A DNA stretch of 46,831 nucleotides from Eubacteriales bacterium. GTDB lineage: Bacteria > Bacillota > Clostridia > Oscillospirales > CAG-272. The position numbers were made by a program, and so were the translations under genes. Shown here piece by piece: positions 24,088 through 33,593 of the stretch (the stretch's first letter is position 1; every line of letters starts with the position of its first letter). A model generated the notes under the pieces. The model saw only the letters and a program-made list of their open reading frames with translations, ran no database searches and was not told the origin of the DNA. The stretch covers positions 1-46,831 of the forward strand of contig JAZULS010000093.1 in NCBI GenBank assembly GCA_045603205.1. Reading direction: 5' to 3'.

Positions 24088-26202
24088 ATGAAAAAAAGCT
24101 TTAAAAATGCCATAATTTATATAATATTCTTTGCAATTCTGCTGTTTGCTACGGCGGCACTCTGGGGACAGATCCCCTCCGATGAAGTGGTATACAGCGA
24201 CATCACGGAATATTTTACACAGGAGAAGGTCAAAAGCTTCGTTGTTGATAAAAATAACAACGTAGAGCTGACTCTTCGCGATACAGACAGCAGCGGCAAG
24301 GAAGTAGAGAAGCTTGTTACTTATAAGCTTCGCAGTCTCGACCTGTTCTACAATGACCTTGGTGACCTTATCGCCGAGCAGCATCAGAAGGGTATCATCG
24401 AGTCCTACGATTATCCCGCACCGACACAGCTTCCCGTTTGGGTGTCCTTCATCCCCTACGTTATTATCGGCGTCGTTATTATTGTCGTTTGGATCTACTT
24501 TATGAATCAGGCGACAGGCGGAAAGGGTTCTAAGATCAATTCCGTGGGCAGAGCAAAGGCAAAGCTCGTGAACGTGGATAAGACAAAGGTGTTCTTCAAG
24601 GACGTTGCGGGAGCTGACGAAGAGAAGGCTGAGCTTGAGGAGATAGTAGAATTCCTCAGAAATCCCTCCTACTTCACAAAGCTCGGTGCTAAGATTCCTC
24701 ACGGCGTGCTTTTGATGGGTCCTCCCGGTACAGGTAAGACTCTTCTTGCAAAAGCAGTTGCAGGGGAAGCGGGTGTTCCTTTCTATTCCATCTCCGGCTC
24801 CGACTTTGTTGAAATGTACGTGGGCGTGGGAGCTTCCCGTGTCCGTGACCTTTTTGATACTGCCAGAAAGAATCCCGCTGCGATCATCTTTATTGACGAG
24901 ATCGACGCTGTAGGACGTCACAGAGGCGCAGGTCTCGGCGGCGGACACGACGAGCGCGAGCAGACTCTGAACCAGCTTCTCGTTGAAATGGACGGATTCG
25001 GCACAAATGAAGGCGTTATCGTTATGGCGGCAACAAACCGTCCCGATATTCTTGACCCCGCCCTTCTCAGACCCGGACGTTTCGACAGACAGATCACGGT
25101 AAACTATCCCGATCTCAAGGGAAGAGAAGATATTCTTAAGGTACACGCTAAGAACAAGCCCTTTGAAGAGGACGTTGACCTTGCGAAAATTGCACAGACC
25201 ACCGTTGGCTTCACAGGTGCTGACCTTGCAAACCTCCTTAACGAGGCGGCGCTCCTTGCGGCTCGTAAGGGCAAGTCCCTCATCGGCATGGGAGATATCG
25301 AAGAAGCATCTATGAAGATCATCGTAGGTATGCCCAAGAAGAACCGTCAGATCAAGGCTGCGGAGAAGAAGAAGACTGCTTATCACGAGGCAGGTCACGC
25401 ACTTATCGCATACGTTCTTCCTACCCTCGATCCTGTAAGACAGATATCTATTATCCCCAGCGGAAGAGCCCTCGGATATACACTTAATCCCCCTGTTGAG
25501 GATAAGTACAGCGTATACAAGAACGGTCTCAAGGAAGAGATCAGCATGCTCCTTGGTGGACGTGTGGCTGAAAAGATCATCTTTGATGACGTTTCGGGCG
25601 GTGCGTCCAACGATATCGAAAGAGCTACCGCAATTGCTAAGAATATGGTCATGAAGCTGGGTATGAGCGAAGAACTCGGTCCCATCCTCTACGGCTCACA
25701 GCATTCTAACGACGAAGTGTTCCTGGGACGTGACTTCAATAACTCCAAAAACTACTCCGAAGAGACCGCGGCTAAGATCGACAGTGAGATCCGCCGTATC
25801 ATTGACGAGGCGTATACAGTCAGCGAAAACATTCTCCGCGAGAACATCGATAAGCTTCACTTTATTGCGGAGTTCCTTGTTAAGTACGAAGTCATGGAGC
25901 AGGCTCAGTTTGAGCGCGCCATGAAGGAAGACGTTACCTTCGAGGAGCTTGAGGAAATGGTTGCCGAAAAGCGCCGCCGCAGTGAAGAGGAGAACAGAGC
26001 TCGCGCTGAGCACATCAGACTCGAGGAGGAGAAGAGAGAGGCTGAGCGTGCCGCTGAGGAAAAGGAAAGACAGGCAAAAGCCGACGTTGCAAACGGCAAG
26101 ATGTCCTTCAGCGATTATCTGAATAACTATCATAAGGAAAACGGCGAGAAAACGGATTCTTCGGAAACCGAAAACTACGACTCCGACGAGGAAAACAAGT
26201 AA
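24088..26202 (+). CDS. ftsH: ATP-dependent zinc metalloprotease FtsH
   Basis: Two N-terminal TM segments, Walker A GPPGTGKT, Walker [12 protein letters not shown], and zinc motif HEAGHA. The C-terminal tail (~90 aa) is highly charged. Confidence 0.95.
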   Translation: MKKSFKNAIIYIIFFAILLFATAALWGQIPSDEVVYSDITEYFTQEKVKSFVVDKNNNVELTLRDTDSSGKEVEKLVTYKLRSLDLFYNDLGDLIAEQHQKGIIESYDYPAPTQLPVWVSFIPYVIIGVVIIVVWIYFMNQATGGKGSKINSVGRAKAKLVNVDKTKVFFKDVAGADEEKAELEEIVEFLRNPSYFTKLGAKIPHGVLLMGPPGTGKTLLAKAVAGEAGVPFYSISGSDFVEMYVGVGASRVRDLFDTARKNPAAIIFIDEIDAVGRHRGAGLGGGHDEREQTLNQLLVEMDGFGTNEGVIVMAATNRPDILDPALLRPGRFDRQITVNYPDLKGREDILKVHAKNKPFEEDVDLAKIAQTTVGFTGADLANLLNEAALLAARKGKSLIGMGDIEEASMKIIVGMPKKNRQIKAAEKKKTAYHEAGHALIAYVLPTLDPVRQISIIPSGRALGYTLNPPVEDKYSVYKNGLKEEISMLLGGRVAEKIIFDDVSGGASNDIERATAIAKNMVMKLGMSEELGPILYGSQHSNDEVFLGRDFNNSKNYSEETAAKIDSEIRRIIDEAYTVSENILRENIDKLHFIAEFLVKYEVMEQAQFERAMKEDVTFEELEEMVAEKRRRSEEENRARAEHIRLEEEKREAERAAEEKERQAKADVANGKMSFSDYLNNYHKENGEKTDSSETENYDSDEENK

Positions 26203-26206
26203 AACC

Positions 26207-26244
26207 AAAACCGTCTGCTAATTTGGCAGGCGGTTTTGCTTTTG
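26207..26244 (+). terminator. Intrinsic terminator of ftsH
   Basis: AAAACCGTCTGC (26207-26218) pairs with GCAGGCGGTTTT (26226-26237), including one G:U pair. It is followed by GCTTTTG. Confidence 0.65.
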
Positions 26245-26273
26245 TTGACAATAACCTGAAATTTTGATATAAT
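26245..26273 (+). promoter_or_regulatory. Consensus sigma-A promoter of the nitroreductase gene
   Basis: TTGACA (26245-26250), a 17-nt spacer ending in TGA, then TATAAT (26268-26273). Confidence 0.6.
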
Positions 26274-26309
26274 TAGTTTAGAAAAACAAGTGAAAAGAGG
26301 TGTTCTGCC

Positions 26310-26831
26310 ATGAACGAAACCATCAAAACCATACTTGAAAGAAAAAGCTGCAGATCTTATACCGACGAGCAGGTACCTGAGGAACTTTTGAAGACCGTTG
26401 TGGACTGCGGGCTTGCCGCTCCTTCGGGAAGAAACCGACAGCCCGTTTTTAGCGTTGTGATTCAGGATAAGACGACCATAGAGAAGCTTTCGAAGATCAA
26501 CGCCTCCATAATGGGTGTTGAGTCAGACCCCTTCTACGGAGCACCTACCGTCATCGTCGTTCTGGCAAAGGCAGGAGAGCGTACTTCTCTTGAGGACGGT
26601 TGTCTCGTCCTTGGAAATATGCTCACCGCGGCTTATGCTCTCGGACTTGGTGCTTGCTGGATCCATAGAGCAAGGGAAACCTTTGAGACCCCTGAGGGAA
26701 AAGATCTGCTCCGTCAGTGGGGCATCACCGAAGAGGTATTCGGCGTTGGTAACTGTATTCTCGGTTACCCCGACGGGGACTACCACGCTGATTTTGAAAA
26801 GCTTGCCAGCCGTGCTGTTGTTATTAAATGA
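26310..26831 (+). CDS. Nitroreductase-family (FMN) oxidoreductase
   Basis: 173 aa with the N-terminal RKSCRSY motif and a nitroreductase-fold pattern. Confidence 0.8.
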   Translation: MNETIKTILERKSCRSYTDEQVPEELLKTVVDCGLAAPSGRNRQPVFSVVIQDKTTIEKLSKINASIMGVESDPFYGAPTVIVVLAKAGERTSLEDGCLVLGNMLTAAYALGLGACWIHRARETFETPEGKDLLRQWGITEEVFGVGNCILGYPDGDYHADFEKLASRAVVIK

Positions 26832-26997
26832 TTAGGGAAAGATATACTTTTCGTATATCCGTTCCCGAAGCCGCTGAACAGATACCCGAGATATATTCTC
26901 GGTACGTTACGGATATTGCTGTAACGTTCGAGTATGACGTGTCCGCGGACAGATTGAAAAATATTAAATGACCATGCTGGAGTATAACGGAGAAAAA

Positions 26998-28923
26998 ATG
27001 AATGACTTTTTAAAGTTTACAGTTGATAACTTTATGGGTGGCTTGTCTGCATCCATAAAATATACCAGAGGATACGGCGGATCCGTGAAATCTATCCCCT
27101 CCTTTGACGTAACTGAAACCGAGACGGGTGCAGTGTTTTCTGCAAATAACGGTGCCTTTGAACGCTTTGACGTTATAGCTGAGGTGAAGGGTGACAGCGT
27201 GCTTTTCAGCATTGATTTAAAACATAACACGGAGACCTTCGCTAAACTTCAGCCTGACAACTCAGTCAGCTTTTCAATAGGAGGCGTAACTCCGGATGCG
27301 ATAAGATATTATTACCATTTGTATACCTGCTGTCTTCAGCCTGCACTTTGCCACTCATTTGAGGAGCTTGGCAGACGTACGCACACGGCTCTTGTAAAGA
27401 TCGGTGATGTGCACTACAGCATCCTCGGACTTGCGGGGGATATTTACAGATGCGATTTTGACGGTGAAGGATACCATATCAGCATCGGTTCCACCGGATA
27501 TAATAGACTAAAAGGTCCAATGCTGGCTATAACCCGTGCGTCGGATCCTTTTGCGGCGATCGAGCGAAACTACGAGTTTGCACGTGAAATGGACGCTATC
27601 AAGGTTCCGCTGAAGCGTGAAAGAGAGCTTCCCGACTGCTTCAAGGGTCTTGGCTACTGTACTTTCAATACTTACGAACTTGACATAACGGAAGAAAAGG
27701 TATTCGCAAAGCTTGACGAGTATAAGGCGGCAGGCGTTCCGCTTAACTGGGTGCTTATCGACGACGGCTGGCAGACCTACGACGACCATCATCTGACAGG
27801 TATGCGTGAGGATCCCGTGAAGTTCCACAGCGGACTTAAATACCTGGTTGACCGTATCAAAAACGAGTACGGAGTAAAATACGTGGGCGTTTGGCACGCT
27901 ATCGGAGTATACTGGCACGGCTTTAAGGAGGGAAGTGAGGCTTTCCTTGAACAGAGAGAAAACCTTATGCTGACGCAGGGTGGGCTTTGGTTACCGTCAA
28001 CTGATGAAGAAAAGGGATTTGCACTGTGGGATAGCTTTTACGCATATCTGAAAAGCTGCGGAATTGACTTCGTAAAGATAGACAGTCAAGGCTGTTATCC
28101 GTTGATGGTAGAGGGGGCAGTGCCTTCGATCGTTTCCACCCGTAATATGCACGAGATTATCGAACGGGCGGCAGAAAAGAATTTCGGCTCATGCGCAATA
28201 CTTAACTGCATGGGTATGGATATCGAAAACGTATTCTCCCGTCCCATGTCACCTATTTCCCGTAACAGCCGGGACTTTTCAGTAGAGGAGGATGATCCCG
28301 AGCTTATCGGTTTCCACGACTTCACGATAGTTAACGCACTTGGTGCGGTATGGCACGATAAGATGATGTATTGCGACTATGATATGTGGTGGTCCTCCGA
28401 CAAAAGAACGGCGGTACACAGTGCGGTGCTTCGCGCAATACACGACGGCCCCAATTACGTAAGCGACCCGGGACCCTGCGATGCTAAGGTAATCAGCCAC
28501 GCTGTTGGAGACAAGGGCGAGCATTACCTCTGTGACCACGGTGCATATCCCACACTCGACTGTCTGTACGAGATTGGGGACGTGTTTAAGGTTTGGAACA
28601 GAAGCGGTGATAATTTCGCACTTGCTGTATATAATATCAAGCCTTACCACACTGTCCACAGTTTTAAGCTTGACGTTATCCCGGGCATAGATAAAGATTC
28701 TGAATATGTTGCCTTCGAATATTTCACGGGTAAGTATACAAGGGTAAACAGCGATAGCACACTTGAGTTTGACTTTGAACCCGACGAACTTGCGGCGTAT
28801 TCCATCTATCGCATAGAGATTGACGGAGACGGCGAATTCGTAATGCTCGGTGACACTACTAAGTATATCTCTATTGCACACCGCGACAAGGTCAGAAGAA
28901 GTGTTGAGGAGCTTTTGAACTGA
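26998..28923 (+). CDS. GH36-clan raffinose synthase/Sip1-like protein (alpha-galactosidase or galactosyl transferase)
   Basis: LGYCTFNTY, VLIDDGWQ, FVKIDSQG and RNSRDF align with the raffinose-synthase/GH36 catalytic-barrel motifs. ATG 26998 follows GGAGAAAAA. The track start 26968 has no RBS. Confidence 0.6.
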   Translation: MNDFLKFTVDNFMGGLSASIKYTRGYGGSVKSIPSFDVTETETGAVFSANNGAFERFDVIAEVKGDSVLFSIDLKHNTETFAKLQPDNSVSFSIGGVTPDAIRYYYHLYTCCLQPALCHSFEELGRRTHTALVKIGDVHYSILGLAGDIYRCDFDGEGYHISIGSTGYNRLKGPMLAITRASDPFAAIERNYEFAREMDAIKVPLKRERELPDCFKGLGYCTFNTYELDITEEKVFAKLDEYKAAGVPLNWVLIDDGWQTYDDHHLTGMREDPVKFHSGLKYLVDRIKNEYGVKYVGVWHAIGVYWHGFKEGSEAFLEQRENLMLTQGGLWLPSTDEEKGFALWDSFYAYLKSCGIDFVKIDSQGCYPLMVEGAVPSIVSTRNMHEIIERAAEKNFGSCAILNCMGMDIENVFSRPMSPISRNSRDFSVEEDDPELIGFHDFTIVNALGAVWHDKMMYCDYDMWWSSDKRTAVHSAVLRAIHDGPNYVSDPGPCDAKVISHAVGDKGEHYLCDHGAYPTLDCLYEIGDVFKVWNRSGDNFALAVYNIKPYHTVHSFKLDVIPGIDKDSEYVAFEYFTGKYTRVNSDSTLEFDFEPDELAAYSIYRIEIDGDGEFVMLGDTTKYISIAHRDKVRRSVEELLN

Positions 28924-28932
28924 ATAAACAAA

Positions 28933-28965
28933 CTGACCCCTGAGCTCAGCGAGTTCAGGGGTCAG
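28933..28965. terminator. Bidirectional terminator between convergent genes
   Basis: CTGACCCCTGA (28933-28943) pairs with TCAGGGGTCAG (28955-28965). Confidence 0.65.
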
Positions 28966-28979
28966 CGTTTTAATCTGTA

Positions 28980-30152
28980 TTACTTTTGTGCTGCGGCTCT
29001 TTCACGGCAAATGTCAGCCCACTTAGGCAGCTTTGCGATCTTTTCAGCCATATCGGCAAGGGCAGTTGGAATGTCTATCTTCTGCGGACATATATTCACA
29101 CAGGCTCCGCAGGAGATGCAGGCGGAGGGGAGTTTTTCCTCAGGCAGCCCGTCGAGACGCATTGAAGCGTTCACGGAGGGAGAGAAGCAAAGCTCGTTAT
29201 AAATTGAGATAAGATGAGGAATGTCAAGTCCCATGGGACAGCCGTCCACGCAATATCTGCAGGCGGTACAGGGTAGAGAATTCTTCATTCCCTCTGCAAT
29301 GTTTTGTAAAAGTGTCTTCTCTTTCTCACTCAGCGGAGAATACTTTTCAAAAGTTTTCACGTTGTCAGCGGTCTGCTCAAAGTTTGACATTCCCGAGAGG
29401 ATCACTGTAACATTTGGCAGTGCCTGAAGCCAACGGAACGCCCAGGAAGCGGTACTGTCCTCAGGTCTGTACTTCTTCAAAGAATTTACGCTGTCTTCGT
29501 CCAGATTTACAAGTTTTCCTCCGCGAAGTGGCTCCATTACCCACACGGGAATGTTGTACTTGGTCAGCAGATCGTACTTTTTACCCGCGTCCTGCAAACT
29601 GTCATCGAGATAATTGTGCTGGATCTGGCAGAACTCCATCTTGTCGCCGTACTCCGTAAGAAATTCCTTCAGCATTTCCACGCCACCGTGGGTCGAAAAG
29701 CCGAGATGACGGATCCTGCCGAGCCTTTTTTGCTCAAGGAAATAGTCGATAATGCCCCATCTTGCGTCTTTGTAGACGTGGAGGGAGTTTTCGTAAATAT
29801 TGTGAAGCAGATAAAAATCAAAGTAGTCTACGTCGCACTTTTTAAGCTGAGCCTCAAAAATTTCAGCAGGGTCGTAAGTGTCGGAAACCTGATGACCGGG
29901 GTATTTTGTGGCAAGATAATAGGAGTCTCTCGGGTACTTTTTCAGTATCTTCGCCGTCACCTTCTCAGACTGACCCGAGTGATAGGGCCAAGCCGTGTCA
30001 AAATAGTTTACGCCATGGGATATGGCGTAGTCGAACATTTCTTCCGTTGCCGCCTCGTCAATATTTGAGGAGTCGCCGTTAATCACGGGGAGACGCATGG
30101 TTCCAAATCCCAGGAGAGAGAGCTTTTTGCCTTGAAAATCGCGATAAATCAC
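28980..30152 (-). CDS. Aldo/keto reductase with a C-terminal 4Fe-4S ferredoxin-type domain
   Basis: The N-terminal AKR barrel shows LGFGTMRLP and DTAWPYHSGQSE. The C-terminal domain carries CTACRYCVDGCP and CISCGACVNICP. GTG start. Confidence 0.8.
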   Translation of the reverse strand: MIYRDFQGKKLSLLGFGTMRLPVINGDSSNIDEAATEEMFDYAISHGVNYFDTAWPYHSGQSEKVTAKILKKYPRDSYYLATKYPGHQVSDTYDPAEIFEAQLKKCDVDYFDFYLLHNIYENSLHVYKDARWGIIDYFLEQKRLGRIRHLGFSTHGGVEMLKEFLTEYGDKMEFCQIQHNYLDDSLQDAGKKYDLLTKYNIPVWVMEPLRGGKLVNLDEDSVNSLKKYRPEDSTASWAFRWLQALPNVTVILSGMSNFEQTADNVKTFEKYSPLSEKEKTLLQNIAEGMKNSLPCTACRYCVDGCPMGLDIPHLISIYNELCFSPSVNASMRLDGLPEEKLPSACISCGACVNICPQKIDIPTALADMAEKIAKLPKWADICRERAAAQK

Positions 30153-30232
30153 TGTATTTTTTCCTTTCGCGTAAATTAATACTTCTACCTACATTTTACA
30201 ACAAAAAAACAATATTTTCAAGGGTACATTAC

Positions 30233-30261
30233 TTGCATATGGGACGATTTAGGAGTATAAT
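30233..30261 (+). promoter_or_regulatory. Candidate sigma-A promoter of the second MATE gene
   Basis: TTGCAT (30233-30238), a 17-nt spacer, then TATAAT (30256-30261). Confidence 0.5.
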
Positions 30262-30292
30262 TGTATTCGGTGCGTAAAGGAGGTAGAGAACT

Positions 30293-31687
30293 ATGGCAAA
30301 AAAGCAAACAGTTGATATGTGTAACGGCTCGGTACTGAAGAATATTTTCTTATACGCCGCTCCTCTTATCCTTACGGGGCTTCTGCAGCTTTTTTATAAC
30401 GCCGCGGATATGATCGTGGTTGCACGCTGGGCAGGGGGCACTGCTTTGGCGGCGGTAGGCTCAAACGGTCCTCTTGTGAATTTGATCATCAACGTATTCG
30501 TGGGACTTTCCGTAGGTGCCAGCGTTATCGTAGCCCGTTATTTCGGCGCGAGAGACGACCGTAACCTGCACGAGTCTGTGCACTGCGCTATGGCGCTCAG
30601 CATTATCTGCGGACTTGCCACCATGGTTATCGGACTTGTCATTTCACCTTGGGCGCTGAAACTTATGGGTACTCCTGTTGACGTTATAGACCAAGCCACC
30701 CTATATCTCCGTATATACTTCCTCGGTATGCCCGCCATCATGGTGTATAACTTTGGTGCGGCAATTCTCCGTGCGGTAGGTGATACCAAACGCCCGCTTT
30801 ACATACTTACAGCGGCGGGAATCGTCAACGTAGCGCTGAACCTGGTGCTTGTTATCGGTTTTCACTTCGATGTTGCGGGTGTTGCCATCGCTACTACCAC
30901 ATCTCAGGTGATCTCTGCCGTTGCAGTTGTGATCTGTCTCACTCGAGCAAAGGGAGTGTACCGCCTTGAGCTTCGCCGTGTGCGAATCTATTCTTCAAAG
31001 CTTTCAGCCATGCTCCGTCACGGTATCCCTGCAGGAATCCAAGGCTCCATTTTCTCTTTCTCAAACATCATCATTCAGTCTTCCGTAAACTCCTTCGGCT
31101 CTGCCGTAATGGCAGGCAACTCAGCCGCTGCCAATATCGAAGGATTCGTGTACGTGGCGATGAACGCAATGCATCAGACCTGCCTTGCCTTTATGTCTCA
31201 GAATATCGGTGCGGGAAAGATTGACCGTCTCGGCAAGATATTCCGCAGATGTATAGCATGTGTTACAGTGGTAGGACTTGTTATCGGTTGGCTCATCTTT
31301 ATTTTCGGCAAGCCGCTTCTTTCACTTTATACCGCCACCTCCACGACAGTGACTACTATCACTCCCGAAGAAATAATAAACGCCGGCATGGTCCGTTTTT
31401 CCATAATCAGTACAACCTATTTCCTCTGCGGAATCATGGACGTGCTTGTGGGTGCCCTTCGCGGTATGGGATCGCCGTGGATGCCCATGATCGTGTCTAT
31501 CCTTGGCGTTTGCGGCGTACGAATGCTTTGGATATTCACTGTATTTCGCTTTCTCCACACCCCCGAGTCCCTTTATATTTCCTATACGATCTCGTGGATA
31601 ATCACAGCAATTGTTCACTATATCTGCTACCGCAAGGTGCGAAAAAAGTACGAGCTTTTACCTGCCAGTGAACAAACCTTAAACTAA
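30293..31687 (+). CDS. MATE-family efflux transporter (second copy, diverged from 6100-7470)
   Basis: 464 aa and polytopic, with a typical MATE N-terminus (APLILTGLLQLFYNAADMIVV). RBS AAGGAGG. Confidence 0.8.
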   Translation: MAKKQTVDMCNGSVLKNIFLYAAPLILTGLLQLFYNAADMIVVARWAGGTALAAVGSNGPLVNLIINVFVGLSVGASVIVARYFGARDDRNLHESVHCAMALSIICGLATMVIGLVISPWALKLMGTPVDVIDQATLYLRIYFLGMPAIMVYNFGAAILRAVGDTKRPLYILTAAGIVNVALNLVLVIGFHFDVAGVAIATTTSQVISAVAVVICLTRAKGVYRLELRRVRIYSSKLSAMLRHGIPAGIQGSIFSFSNIIIQSSVNSFGSAVMAGNSAAANIEGFVYVAMNAMHQTCLAFMSQNIGAGKIDRLGKIFRRCIACVTVVGLVIGWLIFIFGKPLLSLYTATSTTVTTITPEEIINAGMVRFSIISTTYFLCGIMDVLVGALRGMGSPWMPMIVSILGVCGVRMLWIFTVFRFLHTPESLYISYTISWIITAIVHYICYRKVRKKYELLPASEQTLN

Positions 31688-31702
31688 AATTTTATACTGA
31701 CA

Positions 31703-31733
31703 AAACTGCCGTTTTAGATAGCGGCAGTTTTTG
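31703..31733 (+). terminator. Intrinsic terminator of the MATE gene
   Basis: AAACTGCCG (31703-31711) pairs with CGGCAGTTT (31722-31730), followed by TTG. Confidence 0.65.
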
Positions 31734-31771
31734 ATTAATATGACGAAAGTAGTTGCATAACACAACATTAG

Positions 31772-31800
31772 TTGACTTATAAATTATTTTTTGATATAAT
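31772..31800 (+). promoter_or_regulatory. Near-consensus sigma-A promoter of the ABC exporter operon
   Basis: TTGACT (31772-31777), a 17-nt spacer ending in TGA, then TATAAT (31795-31800). Confidence 0.6.
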
Positions 31801-31847
31801 GAAAAAAGTAAAATATCAGTATCTTTTGAAGAAAGGACTTTGAACGA

Positions 31848-33593
31848 ATGTTAAAAACTCTTGCGAAAAGTATTCGTGAATTTAAGGGCGTTTCCATCGC
31901 AACACCGCTTCTTGTTTCTCTTGAAGTCGTGCTCGAATGTGTTATCCCCTTTATCATTGCGAATCTGGTAAATAAGATCAAAGAAGGCTGTGACCTTTCC
32001 GTTATTCTGCGTTACGGAGGAATTTTGGTGCTTATGGCGGCGCTTTCCCTCACCTTCGGAATGCTTGCGGGAATCACTTGTGCAAAAGCTTCCTGCGGAT
32101 TCGGTAGAAACCTCCGTCACGATATGTTCCACAGTATTCAGGACTATTCCTTTGAAAACATTGACAGCTTCTCCACCTCTTCTCTCGTGACGAGACTTAC
32201 CACTGACGTTGCCAACGTGCAGAACGCGTACATGATGATCATCCGTACTGCCATCAGAGCGCCTCTTATGCTGATCTTCGCATTCTTTATGGCGTTCTAC
32301 ATGGGCGGAAAGATGGCGGCTATCTTCGTTTTCGTTATCCCCGTTCTCGCTGTGGGACTCGGCACTATCATGCGCCTTACAATGCCCCTTTTCAGAAAGG
32401 TATTTAAAAAATACGATAAGCTGAACGCTTCCATTCAGGAGAATATCAAAGGCATCCGCGTTGTGAAATCCTTCGTAAGAGAGGACTATGAAACAAAGAA
32501 GTTTGAATCAGCTGCAGACGACGTAAGACGTGACTTCACCAAGGCTGAAAGAATTCTTGCATTCAACGGTCCCATCATGCAGTTCTGCCTCTACTCCGTA
32601 ATGCTGTTCGTTCTGACCTACGGTTCTTACACCGTAATCTCAAGCCGCGGACTTGCACTTGATGTTGGACAGATGTCCGCTCTCCTTACATACGGTTTCA
32701 TGATGCTCAGCAGTCTTATGATGCTTTCTATGATCTTCGTTATGATCACGCTGGCTACCGAGTCCTGCAAGCGTATTGCCGAGGTAATAAACGAAAAATC
32801 CTCCCTTACCTCCCCCGAGAACGCTCTTACCGAGGTGCTTGACGGCTCCATTGAGTTTGAGAATGTTTCCTTTAAATACAGTGCGTCTGCGGAATATAAG
32901 GCTCTCTCCGACGTGAACCTCAGCATTAAGTCAGGAGAAACTATCGGCATCATCGGCGGTACAGGCTCCTCCAAATCCACCCTTATACAGCTTATTTCCC
33001 GTCTCTATGACGCAACTGAAGGCTCTGTTAAGGTCGGTGGCAGAGACGTTCGCGAATACGACCTTGAAACCCTCAGAAACAGCGTAGCCGTTGTTCTGCA
33101 GAAGAACGTGCTCTTCTCAGGTACTGTTAAGGAGAATCTCCGTTGGGGTAATAAAGAGGCTACAGACGAAGAGATAATCGAGGCATGCCGACTTGCCCAT
33201 GCCGATGAGTTCATCGAGGCGATCCCCGAAAAGTATGACGCCCACGTAGAGCAGGGAGGCGCTAACTTCTCAGGGGGACAGAAGCAGAGACCCTGTATCG
33301 CAAGAGCTCTTCTCAAGCGCCCGAAGGTGCTTATTCTTGACGATTCCACAAGTGCCGTTGACACAAGGACCGACGCTCTTATCAGAAGTGCAATGAAGGA
33401 ATATATTCCCGAGACTACTAAGCTCATTATTGCACAGCGTACCTCCTCTGTTGAGGATGCCGACAGGATCATCATTATGGATGGCGGTAAGATCAATGCG
33501 GTAGGCACTCATGCAGAGCTTCTCGAGAGCAACGCTATCTATCGCGAGATCTATAATTCACAGAATAAGGCAGGTGGAAACGATGAAGAATAA
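31848..33593 (+). CDS. ABC exporter half-transporter (TMD-NBD), the subunit with degenerate NBD motifs
   Basis: Walker A is GGTGSSKST, with Ser replacing the second conserved Gly. Walker B is LILDDS, with Asp where the catalytic Glu normally sits. The H-loop reads IIAQR, with Gln for His. The signature FSGGQ is intact. Confidence 0.85.
   Translation: MLKTLAKSIREFKGVSIATPLLVSLEVVLECVIPFIIANLVNKIKEGCDLSVILRYGGILVLMAALSLTFGMLAGITCAKASCGFGRNLRHDMFHSIQDYSFENIDSFSTSSLVTRLTTDVANVQNAYMMIIRTAIRAPLMLIFAFFMAFYMGGKMAAIFVFVIPVLAVGLGTIMRLTMPLFRKVFKKYDKLNASIQENIKGIRVVKSFVREDYETKKFESAADDVRRDFTKAERILAFNGPIMQFCLYSVMLFVLTYGSYTVISSRGLALDVGQMSALLTYGFMMLSSLMMLSMIFVMITLATESCKRIAEVINEKSSLTSPENALTEVLDGSIEFENVSFKYSASAEYKALSDVNLSIKSGETIGIIGGTGSSKSTLIQLISRLYDATEGSVKVGGRDVREYDLETLRNSVAVVLQKNVLFSGTVKENLRWGNKEATDEEIIEACRLAHADEFIEAIPEKYDAHVEQGGANFSGGQKQRPCIARALLKRPKVLILDDSTSAVDTRTDALIRSAMKEYIPETTKLIIAQRTSSVEDADRIIIMDGGKINAVGTHAELLESNAIYREIYNSQNKAGGNDEE

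Noticed and set aside
24031-25398. A 455-aa ORF on the minus strand, the longest unexplained ORF in the track
   Set aside because: It lies entirely antisense to ftsH, whose identity is unambiguous. Its composition is low-complexity and rich in Leu, Ser, Cys and Val, with no RBS and no motif. It is a typical stop-free shadow frame of a highly expressed gene.
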